Below are positions 51,227-62,723 of a stretch of DNA of 64,000 nucleotides, in pieces. The DNA lies in NCBI GenBank assembly GCA_963828255.1, contig CAWHDZ010000009.1, positions 1 through 64,000 of the forward strand, given 5' to 3'. Source of the stretch: an uncultured delta proteobacterium. GTDB taxonomy: Bacteria > Myxococcota > Myxococcia > Myxococcales > Anaeromyxobacteraceae. The position numbers and the translations under genes were made by a program. Positions within the stretch are counted from its first letter, which is position 1. Every line of letters starts with the position of its first letter. The notes below the pieces were generated by a model. That model did no database searches. It was not told the origin of the DNA and saw only the letters and a list, made by a program, of their open reading frames with translations.

Positions 51227-51529
51227 TTACGCCTTCGTCGCCGCGGCCGCAGCCTTGCGGGCCGGGGTCTCGGCGAGGACGCCGACCGCAGCGCCGGCCA
51301 CCGCGCCACCGACCGCGAAGAGCGAGCCCACGCCCGTGGCGCCCATCACCATGCCGAAGACGATCAGGGCGCGGACGAGGAAGGTGGGCTGGACGGGGGT
51401 TCCGAAGATCCCACCCGCGAGCAGCACGCCCGCGTAGCCACCGTAGAGCAGTGCGGGGAGCAGGGCGATGGCGAGGAAGAGGGCCAGTCCGGCTGCGGCG
51501 CCGACGATGCTGGGGGTCTTGCGGTTCAT
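51227..51529 (-). CDS. Small Gly-rich membrane protein, family A copy 2
   Basis: Paralog of 7380..7688. Confidence 0.85.
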   Translation of the reverse strand: MNRKTPSIVGAAAGLALFLAIALLPALLYGGYAGVLLAGGIFGTPVQPTFLVRALIVFGMVMGATGVGSLFAVGGAVAGAAVGVLAETPARKAAAAATKA

Positions 51530-51576
51530 GGGGTTCTCCTTGGGTTCCATCAGCGTTGGTGGACGAGGGGAGGTAC

Positions 51577-51650
51577 TGCACCTCCCCTGCCAAGACCGGG
51601 TTCGTGGAATTCCCGGGGGTTGGCGCCCGACGCTGTCGGGGATTCCAGAC
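51577..51650 (-). promoter_or_regulatory. Sigma54 promoter plus conserved upstream boxes
   Basis: TGGCAGGGGAGGTGCA; box TGTCGGGGATTCCAGAC at the same spacing as at 7796. Confidence 0.75.
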
Positions 51651-51863
51651 GGGGCGGCGGCCGGGACGACGTCGGACATTGCCGAAGCAGCGCTACTTCG
51701 TCCTGCTCGGCCCACCGCGTACAGGGCGCCGACCGGGTCGGTGGTGCTGCCCCCTTGCCGAGCCGTGGCGATTCGTCAGTGGTTCGGAGGGAGGCTGGCC
51801 ATGAACGCAGAGAGGCGGCTCGCGCCGCCCCTCGTCGCTGCTCGTCCGTAGGGAGACCCCGCG

Positions 51864-52283
51864 CTACGCCTTGCGCTTCTCTTCCACTTCCTTTGCCAGG
51901 TCGGCGAGCCTCTGGTCCTCGACCTTGGCCTCGTCGGCCTTCTTCGCGCCTGTGGCCTTCCCGGTCATGTGCGCGGCTCCGGGAGCCCAGCCGGGGGTGA
52001 CCGTCGCGGCCAGGTCCTGCGCCGAGCGCCGGAATGCGCCCGTCACTCCGCCGACCGCCGTCTTCGCCGCCAGGTAGAGGCCGATGAAGGGGAGGAACAC
52101 CACCATCAGGCCACCCAGCACCGGCATGAGGGCCAGGGCCGCCGCGGTGTTGAGCTTCACGTAGTGCTCGGAGGAGGCGCCGGGGAGCTTCTGACCGTCC
52201 TTCTCGACGGGGAAGATTTCCCAGTTCGACTTCGAGAGGTAGTACCCGCCCTGCACTGCGCTGCCGCCGTTGATGGTCTTCAT
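51864..52283 (-). CDS. Small membrane protein, family B copy 2
   Basis: Paralog of 41287..41706. Confidence 0.85.
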   Translation of the reverse strand: MKTINGGSAVQGGYYLSKSNWEIFPVEKDGQKLPGASSEHYVKLNTAAALALMPVLGGLMVVFLPFIGLYLAAKTAVGGVTGAFRRSAQDLAATVTPGWAPGAAHMTGKATGAKKADEAKVEDQRLADLAKEVEEKRKA

Positions 52284-52640
52284 GGTCTGTTCTCCCTTTC
52301 TGAGGAGGAGTATGCGCGTGGCCGCGCTCGTCCGAAATTGGGAGAGATCCCCAGGCGGCGGAGAACGATTCCGGGTCTGGCGTCGGGAAAACGCCCCAAC
52401 CCGGATGGGGCCTCTCTCTCGCTCGCATTCCGACCAGGAGAACGTGAAGGAGACCGTGAGGATCGAGGGTCTCACGTACGGTAAGACCTACCCCACGCTC
52501 ACGGACCAGGGACGCTCCTGACCCGGGACGATTCGGTGGACACCAGGCCTCCGGGAGCGAAGCGCTGTGGACGTTCCGCGGAGCAGGCCAGATCCTTGCT
52601 CAGCCGACGATCCTCGAGATCAGGTGGCACGCTTGGACCC

Positions 52641-52692
52641 TTCCCGTTCCATCGCCTTCCCTGCCGTCCGGGCCGTCCCGGCCCGTGGTGCA
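52641..52692. repeat. Dispersed ~52-bp repeat, copy 1
   Basis: TTCCCGTTCCATCGCCTTCCCT...CCCGTGGTGCA matches 62820..62872. Confidence 0.8.
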
Positions 52693-52754
52693 CAGATCGG
52701 GAGCGGGACCAGGGGTGTACCTGGTACCCAGATCGCAACAGGAGCTCCATCCGC

Positions 52755-53222
52755 TCATTCGAGGTCGAGGGCCAGGAATGTGGACGTTCCGTCGAGGTCG
52801 TTCGCAAGGATCATCCGACTCGGCGTGCACTTCGCGTAGACGATCGGAGTGACGAAGGTGAGCGACTCCAACTGGAGGGGTGCGGGCGAGAGGTCGGCCA
52901 CCTCGTCGAGGGCGCGGCTCGACATCGTGCGGCAGTCCGGCTGCCACTGGCTCCTGGGGCGAGGTGAGAAGGCCAGCATCTGCTGTGACCCGTTGGCGAG
53001 GGTGAACACGATATGGTTCGTGGCCCGGTCGAGGCGTGCGGTCACCGCGAGCAGGCGGTCCTCGTCGGCGGCCTGGTAGCCCTGGCCGAAGGCAACTCGG
53101 TAGGTGCCCTCGGCGAGCGCCACCGGGTACTCGTTCAGGCTCCCTCTCTCCTCGCCGCAACCGGTGGGCCAGGCGAGCAGCAGCACCAGCAGCAAGGTGG
53201 TGAACGGAACACTGGCCTTCAT
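52755..53222 (-). CDS. Hypothetical lipoprotein
   Basis: Hydrophobic signal peptide ending PTGC. Confidence 0.65.
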   Translation of the reverse strand: MKASVPFTTLLLVLLLAWPTGCGEERGSLNEYPVALAEGTYRVAFGQGYQAADEDRLLAVTARLDRATNHIVFTLANGSQQMLAFSPRPRSQWQPDCRTMSSRALDEVADLSPAPLQLESLTFVTPIVYAKCTPSRMILANDLDGTSTFLALDLE

Positions 53223-53315
53223 GCCACCCTCGCTGACCAGCCCCTGGGGTCTCCCGCTGAAATTGACCCTTCGCCAAGACCGCCCGCGACCACGGCTGAC
53301 ACGTTCACCGGGACG

Positions 53316-53765
53316 CTATGTTCCAGAGAAGCTCGTGGTGCAGTCGACCGAGGATCCACACCCTACCAACTTTCCGACGCCGGACGCCGTGAGCGTGCCG
53401 TTGGAGTTCAGCGTGAATGTCACGGAGGTTCGCGTGAACACCCAGGCGGAGCAGGTACCCAGCACGGTGGGGGGGCAACTGAAGCTTCCGGTCCAGGTCG
53501 CGGTGGAGCCAGATCCGGTAGCAGTCACGTTGAGGATGGTGCCATCCGTGCACGCGAGTCTCGTCATCAGGTCGTTGCCTGACACGGTTATCGGTAGCGT
53601 TCCAGCCGGGACGACGGTGTTGCCAGCCCCCGGACACGTCATCGAAAACGGTCCGCTCCAGGTCTTGGCGAAACCAGCATCGAGAGGAGTGGTGCCGTCC
53701 CCGTCGCCTCCACCGCAGCTAGACATCAGCAGGGCCACGACAAGGCCGATCGCATGGCGTTTCAT
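53316..53765 (-). CDS. Hypothetical Thr/Cys-rich lipoprotein
   Basis: MKRHAIGLVVALLMSSCGGG lipobox; AAGGA RBS. Confidence 0.7.
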   Translation of the reverse strand: MKRHAIGLVVALLMSSCGGGDGDGTTPLDAGFAKTWSGPFSMTCPGAGNTVVPAGTLPITVSGNDLMTRLACTDGTILNVTATGSGSTATWTGSFSCPPTVLGTCSAWVFTRTSVTFTLNSNGTLTASGVGKLVGCGSSVDCTTSFSGT

Positions 53766-54109
53766 TTCCTTCCTCCTGCGGGCGGAGGCCCGCGTCGATG
53801 CGGCACACATGAAGGCTCAGGAGGAGCCCCGGCCGACAGCATCGGCGGTCGTGGCCTTCGCGGTCTGTGGCTCTCGCCGGACCAGCGGCCATGGAATGTC
53901 TCCTTCAGTAAAGTATGGACCGCGGTGCAACGGCGGCAAGCACCCGCGCATGCTCAATGGGGCCACCTCGCCCGAGTGAACCAGGAGGGGGCGTGTGGAC
54001 GGGTACGGTCCGGATTCGGATGACGACCTGCGCTCGTGCCTCAGGGCTTGCTTGCCGAGGCCTGGTGCAATTCCTCGGTCAGGATGGGCATGAGGCGCGT
54101 AGATGGTGG

Positions 54110-54411
54110 AGGGCTTCTCGACAGGATCGGCCCCGCGGAGATCGAAGCCTTCAAGGCGAGGAAGTTCGGCGAGGGCCGGCCGAAGAAGAGCATCAGTGAC
54201 CACCTCGGGGCGTTGAGGAAGGCACTGAGCGTCGCGGCGGAGTGCAGCCATCTGGTGATGCGCGGCGTGTCTTTCATGGCCGTGAAGGAATTCCTGGGCC
54301 ACGAGAGCGTCGAGATGTCCGGTACAGCCACCTGTCTCCGGACGTGAAGAGGGACGCCGTGAAGCTCCTGGATCTGCCGGGGAGGATTCCTGGCGGCACC
54401 CTGACGGAACC
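54110..54411 (+). pseudogene. Tyrosine integrase remnant 1
   Basis: IEAFKA...KSI.DHL..LRKAL joined directly to CSHLVMRG...KEFLGH, then a frameshift to RYSHLSPDVKRDAVKLLD. Confidence 0.8.
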
Positions 54412-55015
54412 ACGGTCGGACCAGGGCGGCATCCTAGAAAAATGCCCCGCCATTCTCCTAGCGTCCAGGAGACATACGGGAGACGTGTCCATCTCGGGGG
54501 TCTTCTCACGGATGACGACGCTGGGGCTGCTGCTGGCCGATCGGGCGGGGCTGCCAGTGGCGGGGACCACGCCGACGGCAGCGTAGTCAGCTTTGTCGGC
54601 TGCCGCCGTTCCTCCAGACCCCTTCTCGGCGAGCTCGCCGGAACGGAGGAGCTACGTGCTGCCCGTCGGGTTCCTGAATCGGGTCCTGCTGAAGAAGGTC
54701 ATCATTGCCGTGCTTGTGGCGGCGGCGGAGATCGTCATCTTGAGCGCGGGGAAGCGCAAGCGGTAGTCGAGGGGCGCGTCGCCAGTGCCGGGGCGCGCTC
54801 CGTTGTTCTCCTTCGAGCAGGTCGTCGCTGCCAGCCCCACACTGATCGTGAGGATGGTGGCGCAAGGGAATATGAATGGAGATGAAGAAGCGGGCGGCCC
54901 CGTCGCCAGGACCGCCCGCAAGACGCTACCGAGCAAGGTCATCTGCAATACGACGTGTCCACCGACGGCCTCAGTCGAGCGTCACCTCTAGGATCTTCAC
55001 GTTGCAGTCGACGTA

Positions 55016-56260
55016 CTGACTGATCCCCTCATTTCGTAGGGGCAAGTTCTTGAAATCCGGGGTGGAGGGGATCACGCTGCGACCTCGTGAGCGACCATCC
55101 CCTCGACCGCGACCGAATCACGAAGCTCGTCTCCACCATCTTCGCCGAGGACCTGCACGCCAAGCGCGTGGCGTCCCTGGCCAACGCCGCGGTGGGCGTT
55201 CTGGAGGGTGCGGCGCTGGGCATCCACGCCATCGGTCGGGCGCTGGCCTTCCACTCCGGCCTGGACTCGCGCCATGCGGTGAAGCAGGTGGACCGTCTGC
55301 TCAGCAACACCGGCGTCGACGTGTGGAACCTCTTTGCCCGCTGGGTTCCGTTCGTGGTGGCGGACCGAACGGAGATCGTCGCCGCGCTCGACTGGACCGA
55401 CTTCGACGCCGACGACCAGTCCACCCTGGCGCTCTCGATGATCACCAGCCACGGCCGCGCCACGCCGCTGCTCTGGAAGACCGTCATGAAGTCCCAGATG
55501 AACGGCTGGCGCAACGAGCACGAGGACGTCCTCCTGGAGCGATTCCGTGAGGTCCTGCCCGAGGGAGTGAAGGTGACCGTGCTCGCCGACCGCGGCTTCG
55601 GGGACCAGGCGCTCTACGAGCCCTTGAAGGACCAGCTCGGCCTCGATTTCGTCGTGCGCTTCCGCGGCATCGTCAAGGTCGAGAGCGCCGATGGCGAGGT
55701 GAAGGCGGCGAAGGACTGGGTTCCCGCGAACGGCCGGCCCCTCCTGCTTCGCGGAGCCAAGGTCACCAACAAGGGACGGGAGCTGGGCGCCGTCGTGTGC
55801 GTGAAGGCGAAAGGCATGAAGGACGCTTGGTGCCTCGCCACCAGCCACGGCGACAAGCCCGCCTCGGAGATCGTGAAGCTCTACGGCAAGAGGTTCACCA
55901 TCGAGGAGAGCTTCCGGGACCAGAAGAACCTCCGCCTCGGCATGGGGCTCTCCGACACCCGCATCGGCTCTCCGGCGCGATGGGACCGGATGCTGCTCAT
56001 CAGCGCCATCGCCATCGCGCTCCTCACCATCCTCGGCGCCGCCGGCGAGGCCACGGGACTCGACCGGACGCTCAAGACCAACACGGTCAAGCACCGGACG
56101 CTCTCGCTCTTGAACCAGGGCCTCTTCCACTTCGCCGCCCTTCCCAGGATGAAGACCGAACGCGCCGAACTCCTCATGGCCAAGTTCGGCGAGATGCTTC
56201 GTGAACAGGCTGTCTTCCGCGATGTCTTCGGGCTCATCTGAAAATGAGGGGATGGCTCAG
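55016..56260 (+). mobile_element. IS4-family insertion sequence
   Basis: 19-bp TIRs CTGACTGATCCCCTCATTT and (rc) CTGAGCCATCCCCTCATTT; no TSD. Confidence 0.88.
55087..56241 (+). CDS. IS4-family DDE transposase
   Basis: LDWTD, LADRGF, Y.KRFTIEESFRDQK. Confidence 0.92.
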   Translation: MSDHPLDRDRITKLVSTIFAEDLHAKRVASLANAAVGVLEGAALGIHAIGRALAFHSGLDSRHAVKQVDRLLSNTGVDVWNLFARWVPFVVADRTEIVAALDWTDFDADDQSTLALSMITSHGRATPLLWKTVMKSQMNGWRNEHEDVLLERFREVLPEGVKVTVLADRGFGDQALYEPLKDQLGLDFVVRFRGIVKVESADGEVKAAKDWVPANGRPLLLRGAKVTNKGRELGAVVCVKAKGMKDAWCLATSHGDKPASEIVKLYGKRFTIEESFRDQKNLRLGMGLSDTRIGSPARWDRMLLISAIAIALLTILGAAGEATGLDRTLKTNTVKHRTLSLLNQGLFHFAALPRMKTERAELLMAKFGEMLREQAVFRDVFGLI

Positions 56261-56713
56261 GTCGCGGAGAGGTTTGTCGGAACAGTCCGCCGAGAGCTTC
56301 TCGACCACGTCATCGTCCTGAACGAGCGCCACCTGCGGCAACTGATCGAGTCGTTTGTCACGCACTACAACGTGGACAGGACGCACATCGGGGTAGGCAA
56401 GGACTCTCCGTAAGGTCGTCCGGTCGAGCAGCGTCCCGGTCCGACGACCAACGTCGTCAGCCTCCCACGGGTCGGCGGCCTGCATCATCGCCACGCCTGG
56501 CGCCGAGCAGCGTAGACCGGGTAGGCCCCCGCAGTTCATCTGGATCTCGCCGCCGCCAGCATCAGCGGAAGGCGATCGTGCGCCCGTTGGTCGGTGGTGC
56601 CGTCCATTCACGCGTCTGGCACCACGATCGAGGCCCCGTTTCCGTCGTCAGCACCCTGCCCCACCCCGCTTCAAACGCCGTTCTGTTCACGGATCGTGTT
56701 TTGGCGAACGACA
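56261..56713 (+). mobile_element. Truncated rve integrase-core (IS3/IS481-like) transposase remnant with right end
   Basis: AERFVGTVRRELLDH....ERHL...HYN..R.H, an internal TAA, GGLHH; ends ...TTTTGGCGAACGACA. Confidence 0.75.
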
Positions 56714-56762
56714 GGTCGCCGCGCCACCCGGCCACCCTCCGCTTCGTCTCACGAACGGCGCG

Positions 56763-57098
56763 TCATCCCCGCCGGTCGTCCTCCGCGGCGCCGAGCTCGT
56801 CCGCGATCGTGCCCTCCCAGAGTGCGCTCTTCCGTCGGTACCCGGCCCGCCCGATCGCGTGGGCCGCCACCGGGGCGGTCAGGAACAGAAAGACGACGAT
56901 GACCACGGCGCGGCCGGCGACGGCCACGGTGCCGAAGTGGACGGCCGCTCCCAGGAGCAGGAGGGAGGCGCCGAGGGTTGCCGCCTTGGACGAGGCGGAC
57001 ATCCGCATGTAGACGTCGGGCAGGCGCACCAGCCCGACGGCCCCGAGCGCCATGAAGATCCCACCGAGGACGAGCAGGGCGGCGGCGAGGAGGCTCAC
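56763..57098 (-). CDS. mrpG: Na+/H+ antiporter subunit G
   Basis: GLVRLPDVY.R..A.SKA.TLG; LTAPVAAH. Confidence 0.9.
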   Translation of the reverse strand: MSLLAAALLVLGGIFMALGAVGLVRLPDVYMRMSASSKAATLGASLLLLGAAVHFGTVAVAGRAVVIVVFLFLTAPVAAHAIGRAGYRRKSALWEGTIADELGAAEDDRRG

Positions 57099-57367
57099 TC
57101 GTCTCCCCCCCGCTCGGCGAACCGGGCGAAGGCGACCGTGCTGACGAACGCCAGGAGGGCGAGGATGAGGGCGACGTCGAGGTAGACGGCGTCTCCGGAG
57201 ACGACCGCCGCCGCCGCGGCGATCCCCACCGCGAGGACGCTCAGGAGGTCGAGGGCCACGACCCGGTTGGCGAGATCGGGGCCCCGGACGAGCCGGAAGA
57301 GGACGAGGAGCACCGACCCGCCGAGGAGGGCGAGGGCGGCTGCCGCCCCGAGGGCCGCCGGGCTCAC
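57095..57367 (-). CDS. mrpF: Na+/H+ antiporter subunit F
   Basis: RLVRGP...NRVVALD; YLDVAL...F..TVAFARF. Confidence 0.9.
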   Translation of the reverse strand: MSPAALGAAAALALLGGSVLLVLFRLVRGPDLANRVVALDLLSVLAVGIAAAAAVVSGDAVYLDVALILALLAFVSTVAFARFAERGGDE

Positions 57368-57831
57368 CGGAGCACCTCGAGGATCCGCTGCTCGAAGCCC
57401 TCGCGGATCTCGCGGCGGAGCTCGTCCGGGCTCGCCGTCGCCATCGCATGGACGTAGAGCGTCCGCCGGTCGGGGGAGACGTCGAGGCTGAGCGTCCCCG
57501 GCGTGAGGGAGATCAGGTTGGCGAGCAGCGCGATCTCGGCGTCGCGGTCGAGGCGGAGGGGAATGGCCACGATCGCCGGCCGCAGCCGGCGCGCCGGCGC
57601 GACGACCGCCGCCGCCACCTGGAGGTTTGCCACCACGAGCTCCTTCAGGAAGAAGAGCAGGAACCCGGGCAGCCGGAGGATCCGCACCCGCCGGAAGCCT
57701 TGCCCCCCGAGGGGCCGTGCGAGGCGCAGGAGCAGCCACCCGAGGGCGAGGGAGAAGACGGCCGCCGGAAGGGACCAGTCCCCGGTGAGCGCCATCCAGG
57801 CGAGGGAGAGGAGGACGGTCTCGAGGATCAT
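57364..57831 (-). CDS. mrpE: Na+/H+ antiporter subunit E
   Basis: [16 protein letters not shown]....LYVH. Confidence 0.9.
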   Translation of the reverse strand: MILETVLLSLAWMALTGDWSLPAAVFSLALGWLLLRLARPLGGQGFRRVRILRLPGFLLFFLKELVVANLQVAAAVVAPARRLRPAIVAIPLRLDRDAEIALLANLISLTPGTLSLDVSPDRRTLYVHAMATASPDELRREIREGFEQRILEVLR

Positions 57832-59324
57832 GGCCGGCCCTGCTCCCCGAGCACGGCCCGGACGTACTGGGAGGGGTCGGCGAGCTGCGCCGCGGCCCGG
57901 CTCGAGAGGTCGAAGACCGGCCCCGCGCCGAGCCCGACCGCCACCGTGAGCGCAGCGAGGGCGACGACCGGGCCGAGGAGCGTCCAGGGCACCCGCGCCG
58001 TCGCCAGCGCGCTCCCCGTGGGCGGCTCCTTCCAGAACGCCTCGTTCCACAGCTTCGTCATCGAGAAGAGCGTGAGCAGGCTGACCGCGAGCGCCGCCCC
58101 GGTGGCCGCGTAGTGGCCGGAGTCGAGGCCCGCCTTCACGAGGATGAGCTTGCCCCAGAACCCGGACAGCGGGGGGATCCCGGCGAGCGACAGGGCGGGC
58201 ACGAGGAAGAGGAGCGAGAGGCCCGGGCGCGAGCGGTAGAGCCCCCCGAGGCTGCCGAGCTCGAAGGTGCCTCCGAGCCTCTCCACGATGCCGCTCACGA
58301 GGAACAGGTTCGCCTTCACCAGATTGTGGTGGATCAGGTAGAAGACCGTGCCGGCGAGGGCGAGGGGCGTGAAGAACCCGAGCCCCAGGACCATGTAGCC
58401 GATCTGGCTCACGCTGTGGAACGAGAGCAGGCGGCGGAACTCGAACTGCGCGGCGGCGCCGAGGACGCCGGTCACCATGGTGAGCACGGCGATGGCGAGG
58501 ATGAGGCCGTGGGTGAGCGCGGTGTCTCCCGTGAACACCAGGGTGAAGGCGCGAACGAGGGCGTAGACGCCCACCTTGGTCAGGAGTCCCGCGAAGAGGG
58601 CCGTCACCGCCACCGGTGGCGTGTGGTACGAGGCGGGCAGCCAGAAGAAGAGCGGGAAGACCGCGGCCTTGATCCCGAAGACCACGAGGAAGAGGCAGGC
58701 GAGCGTCGTGAAGAGGCCCGGCGCGGTTCCCCTCTGCACGACGAGGGCGAGGTCGGCCAGGTTCAGCGTCCCCGCGACCCCGTACAGCACGCCCACCGCG
58801 GCCAGGAAGACGGCCGAGGAGAGCAGGTTCAGCGTCACGTACTTGACGGCGCCCTCGAGCTGGGCCCGCTCGCCGCCCAGGGCGAGGAGCACGAAGGACG
58901 CCATCAGCATGACCTCGAACGCCACGTACAGGTTGAAGAGGTCGCCGGTCAGGAACGCCATGCTCACGCCCATCAGCAGGACGTGGAAGAGCGGGTGGTA
59001 GCCGTGGGCCTCCCGCGCCTCGTCGATCGAGCCGAGCGAGTACACGGCCACGGCCAGGCCGGTGACGCCGGTCAGCAGGACCATGATCGCGGCCAGGAGG
59101 TCGGCCACCAGGCTGATCCCGTAGGGCGCCGGCCACCCGCCCACCTGCAGGACCTGGATGCCCGCCGTGTCCACGCGGACGAGCAGCGCCGCCGCCACCA
59201 CGAGGAGGAGGGCGGCGCCTCCCACGCTGGCCGCGCGCTGGGCGGAGCGGAAGGGGCGGAGCACCAGGCACACGATCGCCGTGGCGAGGGGCACGAGCAC
59301 CGGCAGGACGACGAGGGTGCTCAC
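57828..59324 (-). CDS. mrpD: Na+/H+ antiporter subunit D
   Basis: [36 protein letters not shown]. Confidence 0.93.
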   Translation of the reverse strand: MSTLVVLPVLVPLATAIVCLVLRPFRSAQRAASVGGAALLLVVAAALLVRVDTAGIQVLQVGGWPAPYGISLVADLLAAIMVLLTGVTGLAVAVYSLGSIDEAREAHGYHPLFHVLLMGVSMAFLTGDLFNLYVAFEVMLMASFVLLALGGERAQLEGAVKYVTLNLLSSAVFLAAVGVLYGVAGTLNLADLALVVQRGTAPGLFTTLACLFLVVFGIKAAVFPLFFWLPASYHTPPVAVTALFAGLLTKVGVYALVRAFTLVFTGDTALTHGLILAIAVLTMVTGVLGAAAQFEFRRLLSFHSVSQIGYMVLGLGFFTPLALAGTVFYLIHHNLVKANLFLVSGIVERLGGTFELGSLGGLYRSRPGLSLLFLVPALSLAGIPPLSGFWGKLILVKAGLDSGHYAATGAALAVSLLTLFSMTKLWNEAFWKEPPTGSALATARVPWTLLGPVVALAALTVAVGLGAGPVFDLSSRAAAQLADPSQYVRAVLGEQGRP

Positions 59325-59668
59325 GAGTCGGTGGACCTCAGCGCGTCGAGGTCGTCCGTGCCGGTCTCCCGGTACGCCCGCTTGACGAGCACGAGGACGA
59401 AGGCCTGGACCCCGAAGCCGATCACGATGGCCGTCAGCACGAGGGCCTGGGGCACGGGGTCGGCGTAGGGTGGCACGAGGCGCTCCGCGCCGGGAGGGAT
59501 GATCGGCGCTCCGTCGCGCGAGAGCCCGCCCACCGTGAAGATGAGCAGGTTCGCGGCGTGGCCGAGTAGGGCGAGCCCGAGCACGAGCTTGGCCACGTTG
59601 CGCCGCATCACGAGGTAGAGCCCCGCCGCGTAGAGGATGCCGATCACCACCGCGAAGAGGACGTTCAT
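59321..59668 (-). CDS. mrpC: Na+/H+ antiporter subunit C
   Basis: [16 protein letters not shown]. Confidence 0.93.
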   Translation of the reverse strand: MNVLFAVVIGILYAAGLYLVMRRNVAKLVLGLALLGHAANLLIFTVGGLSRDGAPIIPPGAERLVPPYADPVPQALVLTAIVIGFGVQAFVLVLVKRAYRETGTDDLDALRSTDS

Positions 59669-60078
59669 GGCTCCCCCTCGGCGAGTGCGAACAGGATCGC
59701 CAGCACGATCCCGAGGACCACGAGATAGACGCCCACGTCGAAAACGACGGGTGTTCCGATCTTCCCCACCACCGGCAGCGGCACCCCGAGCCACACGCCC
59801 GTCATGTACGGCCTGCCCTGGAGCAGGGCGGGAAGGCCGGAGGCTAGGGCCACGGTGAGGCCTGCCGCCACGAGGGTGAGGGGGGCGACGCGCAGCAACC
59901 GTCGCGCCGCCTCGAGCCCGTCCGACAGCAGGACGAGGGCGAACGCGGTCGCGGCGGTGAGGCCGCCCACGAAGCCCCCGCCGGGCTCGTTGTGCCCGCG
60001 GACGAGCAGGAACGCCGAGAAGAGCAGCATGAGGGGGAGGAGGAAGCGCGTGCTGGAGCGGACGATGAGCGATTCCAC
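59665..60078 (-). CDS. mrpB: Na+/H+ antiporter subunit B
   Basis: [23 protein letters not shown]. Confidence 0.92.
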   Translation of the reverse strand: MESLIVRSSTRFLLPLMLLFSAFLLVRGHNEPGGGFVGGLTAATAFALVLLSDGLEAARRLLRVAPLTLVAAGLTVALASGLPALLQGRPYMTGVWLGVPLPVVGKIGTPVVFDVGVYLVVLGIVLAILFALAEGEP

Positions 60079-62384
60079 TAGAGCGCCTCCTTCCGCCGCG
60101 AGGAGCCGCGCAGGCGCAGCAGTGCGATCACGCCGAGGGCCGCCAGGGCGAGCACGGTGATCTCGCCCAGGGTGTCGAAGACACGGAAGTCCACGAGGAT
60201 GACGTTCACCACGTTGCGTCCGTTGGCGAGGGCGAGGCTCGACGCCGCGAAGTACTCGCGCAGCACCCCCGGGTGAGGGGCGGCGATCGCGGCGAGCGTC
60301 AGCGCGGTCATGAAGACCCCGCCGGCCAGCGCCACCACCCCGTCCCGGATGCGCTCGGAGCGCGGGGACAGCACGCGCATGGGCGGGAGGCGGCGCAGCA
60401 CGAGCACGAAGAGGAGCACGGAGAGGGTCTCGATCGCGAACTGGGTGAGGGCGAGGTCGGGCCCCCCGAAGAGGAGGAACACCACCGCGATCCCGTACCC
60501 GACGACGCCGAGCGCGGCCACGGCGAAGAGGAGCGACCTCGCGCGCACCACCGCGACCGCTGCCGCCACCATGGCGAGCGCGACCGCCGCCTCGTCGAGG
60601 CGCACCGGCTCGAGACCGATCGGCACCGGGCCCACGCGCGTCGCGAGCGCGTAGCCGCCCAGGAAGACCGTGGTTCCGATGGTGACGAGGAGGTACCAGC
60701 CGAGGACCCCGTTCTGGAGGACGCGCGTCTGGCCCTTGGCCACCGCGACGATCCCGGCCATGAGGGCCTGGTAGGCCCGGCCGGGCCCCCAGGCCGCGAG
60801 CTTCCGCAGCGGGGCGAGCCACCGGAGCACCCGATCGTGCACCGCGTAGAGCGCGGCCCCGAGCGCGAGCATGAGGAGGCTCTGGACGAAGGCCGGGCTC
60901 ATCCCGGCCCAGGCGCGGAGGACGACCTCCGTGTGCTCGCCGCGCATCGCGCTGGCCGCGGGCTCGACGAGGGGAACGGCGAGCAGGTCGGGAAACAGGC
61001 CGAGAGCCACGCTGAGCGAGGCGAGGAGCACGGGGCCCAGCCACAGGGCCGGGGGCGCCTCGTGGGCGCGGCGCGGCGCGCCGCGCTCCCTTCCGAAGAA
61101 CGGCCGCCAGGCCACGAGCCCGGCCGCCGCCGCCACGAGAGCGCTCCCCGCGAAGCTGGCCATCACCAGGAGATCCCCAGCCCGCGGTGCCTCCAGCTTC
61201 GCCTCGTAGAAGAGCTCCTTTGCCACGAAGCCGAAGAACGGGGGCAGCCCCGCCATCGAGAGAGCGGACGCCACGACGGCGAAGGCGGTGAGGGGCATGG
61301 CCCGGGCAAGCCCACCGAGGAGCCTCACGTCGCGGGTCCCCGCCTCGTGATCGATCGCCCCCACCCCGAGGAAGAGCGCGGCCTTGTAGAGGGCGTGAAC
61401 GAGCAGGAACACCATCGCCGCCCGGGCCGAGAGCTCGGTCGAGATCCCCACGAGCACGGTCAGCGTCCCGAGCGCGCTCAAGGTCGTGAACGCGAGAAGG
61501 CGCTTGAGGTCGGTCTGGCCGTAGGCGAGGACGGCCCCGGTGACGAGCGTGGCGGTGCCGGCCAGGATGACGAGGTAGTGCCAGGCGTCGGTCCCGCCGA
61601 GGGCGGGGTTGAGGCGGGCGAGGAGGTAGATCCCCGCCTTCACCATCGTGGCCGAGTGCAGGTACGCGCTCACCGGGCTCGGCGCGGCCATCGCCCCCGG
61701 GAGCCAGAAGTGGAAGGGGAACTGGGCCGACTTCGTGAAGGCGCCCAGCAGGATCAGGAGGAGTGCGGGGAGATAGAGCGGGTGGGCCTGGATGGCCTCC
61801 GACTGCGCGCCCAGGGCCGAGAGCTGCAGCGTCCCCGCGACCTCACCGAGGAGGAGGAGGCCGGCGAGGAGGGCAAGGCCCCCGGCGCCGGTCACTAACA
61901 GCGCCTGCAGGGCCGCCTTGCGCGCCCCCTCCTGCTCGTGGTCGAAGCCGATGAGGAGGTAGGAACTGACGCTCGTCAGCTCCCAGAAGACGAAGAGAGC
62001 GATCGCGTCGTCGGCCAGCACCAGGCCGAGCATGGCGGCCATGAAGAAGAGGGTGGCCGAGTAGAAGCGGGGGAGGCGCGCGTCGCCCTTGAGGTAGCCG
62101 CCGGCGTAGACGAGGACGAGGGCCCCGATGCCGGTGACGAGCAGGGCGAACAGCAGCGAGAGCCCGTCCAGTCGAAACGCCAGGCGGACGCCGAGTCCGG
62201 CCACCCAGGGCCACGACTCCTCGAAGACCTGCCCCGATGCGGACGGGCCCAGGAAACGGGCGAAGTGGGCGAAGAGCAGCGCCGGAGCCGTCGCGAGGAG
62301 GACCCCCGCCCCCTTCCCGACGACGCGGTGGGCCACCGGGGCGAGGGCGGAGGCCAGGAGGAGGAGCAGGACGACGGTCAGCAT
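60078..62384 (-). CDS. mrpA: Na+/H+ antiporter subunit A
   Basis: [55 protein letters not shown]. Confidence 0.95.
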   Translation of the reverse strand: MLTVVLLLLLASALAPVAHRVVGKGAGVLLATAPALLFAHFARFLGPSASGQVFEESWPWVAGLGVRLAFRLDGLSLLFALLVTGIGALVLVYAGGYLKGDARLPRFYSATLFFMAAMLGLVLADDAIALFVFWELTSVSSYLLIGFDHEQEGARKAALQALLVTGAGGLALLAGLLLLGEVAGTLQLSALGAQSEAIQAHPLYLPALLLILLGAFTKSAQFPFHFWLPGAMAAPSPVSAYLHSATMVKAGIYLLARLNPALGGTDAWHYLVILAGTATLVTGAVLAYGQTDLKRLLAFTTLSALGTLTVLVGISTELSARAAMVFLLVHALYKAALFLGVGAIDHEAGTRDVRLLGGLARAMPLTAFAVVASALSMAGLPPFFGFVAKELFYEAKLEAPRAGDLLVMASFAGSALVAAAAGLVAWRPFFGRERGAPRRAHEAPPALWLGPVLLASLSVALGLFPDLLAVPLVEPAASAMRGEHTEVVLRAWAGMSPAFVQSLLMLALGAALYAVHDRVLRWLAPLRKLAAWGPGRAYQALMAGIVAVAKGQTRVLQNGVLGWYLLVTIGTTVFLGGYALATRVGPVPIGLEPVRLDEAAVALAMVAAAVAVVRARSLLFAVAALGVVGYGIAVVFLLFGGPDLALTQFAIETLSVLLFVLVLRRLPPMRVLSPRSERIRDGVVALAGGVFMTALTLAAIAAPHPGVLREYFAASSLALANGRNVVNVILVDFRVFDTLGEITVLALAALGVIALLRLRGSSRRKEAL

Positions 62385-62529
62385 GGGCCCGGGGCGAGAG
62401 AAGGCGTCAAGCTACCACATGGCCGACTCTCATCGCACCGGCAGCCGGAACCCCGCGAGGACGGCGACGCTCCCCACCGCCTTGGATGCGATTCCCTGTC
62501 CGGGACGACGGCTCAGGTGGAAGCGAACC

Positions 62530-62672
62530 GCTTCCTGGGCCACGCCACCATCGACTTGACGATGCGCTACGTTCACCTCTACCCCGCCGTGAACCGCGAT
62601 GGCGTGAAGCTTCTGGACATGAAGTCCGGGACACCGAGCGGCACTCTGACGGCACCTGGGCCTGTCGCGTGA
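62530..62672 (+). pseudogene. Tyrosine integrase remnant 2 (C-terminus only)
   Basis: FLGHATIDLTMRYVHL.P...RDGVKLLD. Confidence 0.75.
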
Positions 62673-62689
62673 TGCCCGACAAGAAGAAA

Positions 62690-62718
62690 CCCCCGACAAC
62701 TCAACGAGTTATCGGGGG
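62690..62718 (-). terminator. Rho-independent terminator-like hairpin beside the tRNA fragment
   Basis: CCCCCGACAACTC-aac-GAGTTATCGGGGG, followed by a U-rich run on the minus strand. Confidence 0.65.
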
Positions 62719-62723
62719 CAAAC

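Noticed and set aside
54442..54991. Short ORFs between the integrase remnant and the IS
   Set aside because: Conflicting frames with no recognisable motif; probably decayed cargo.
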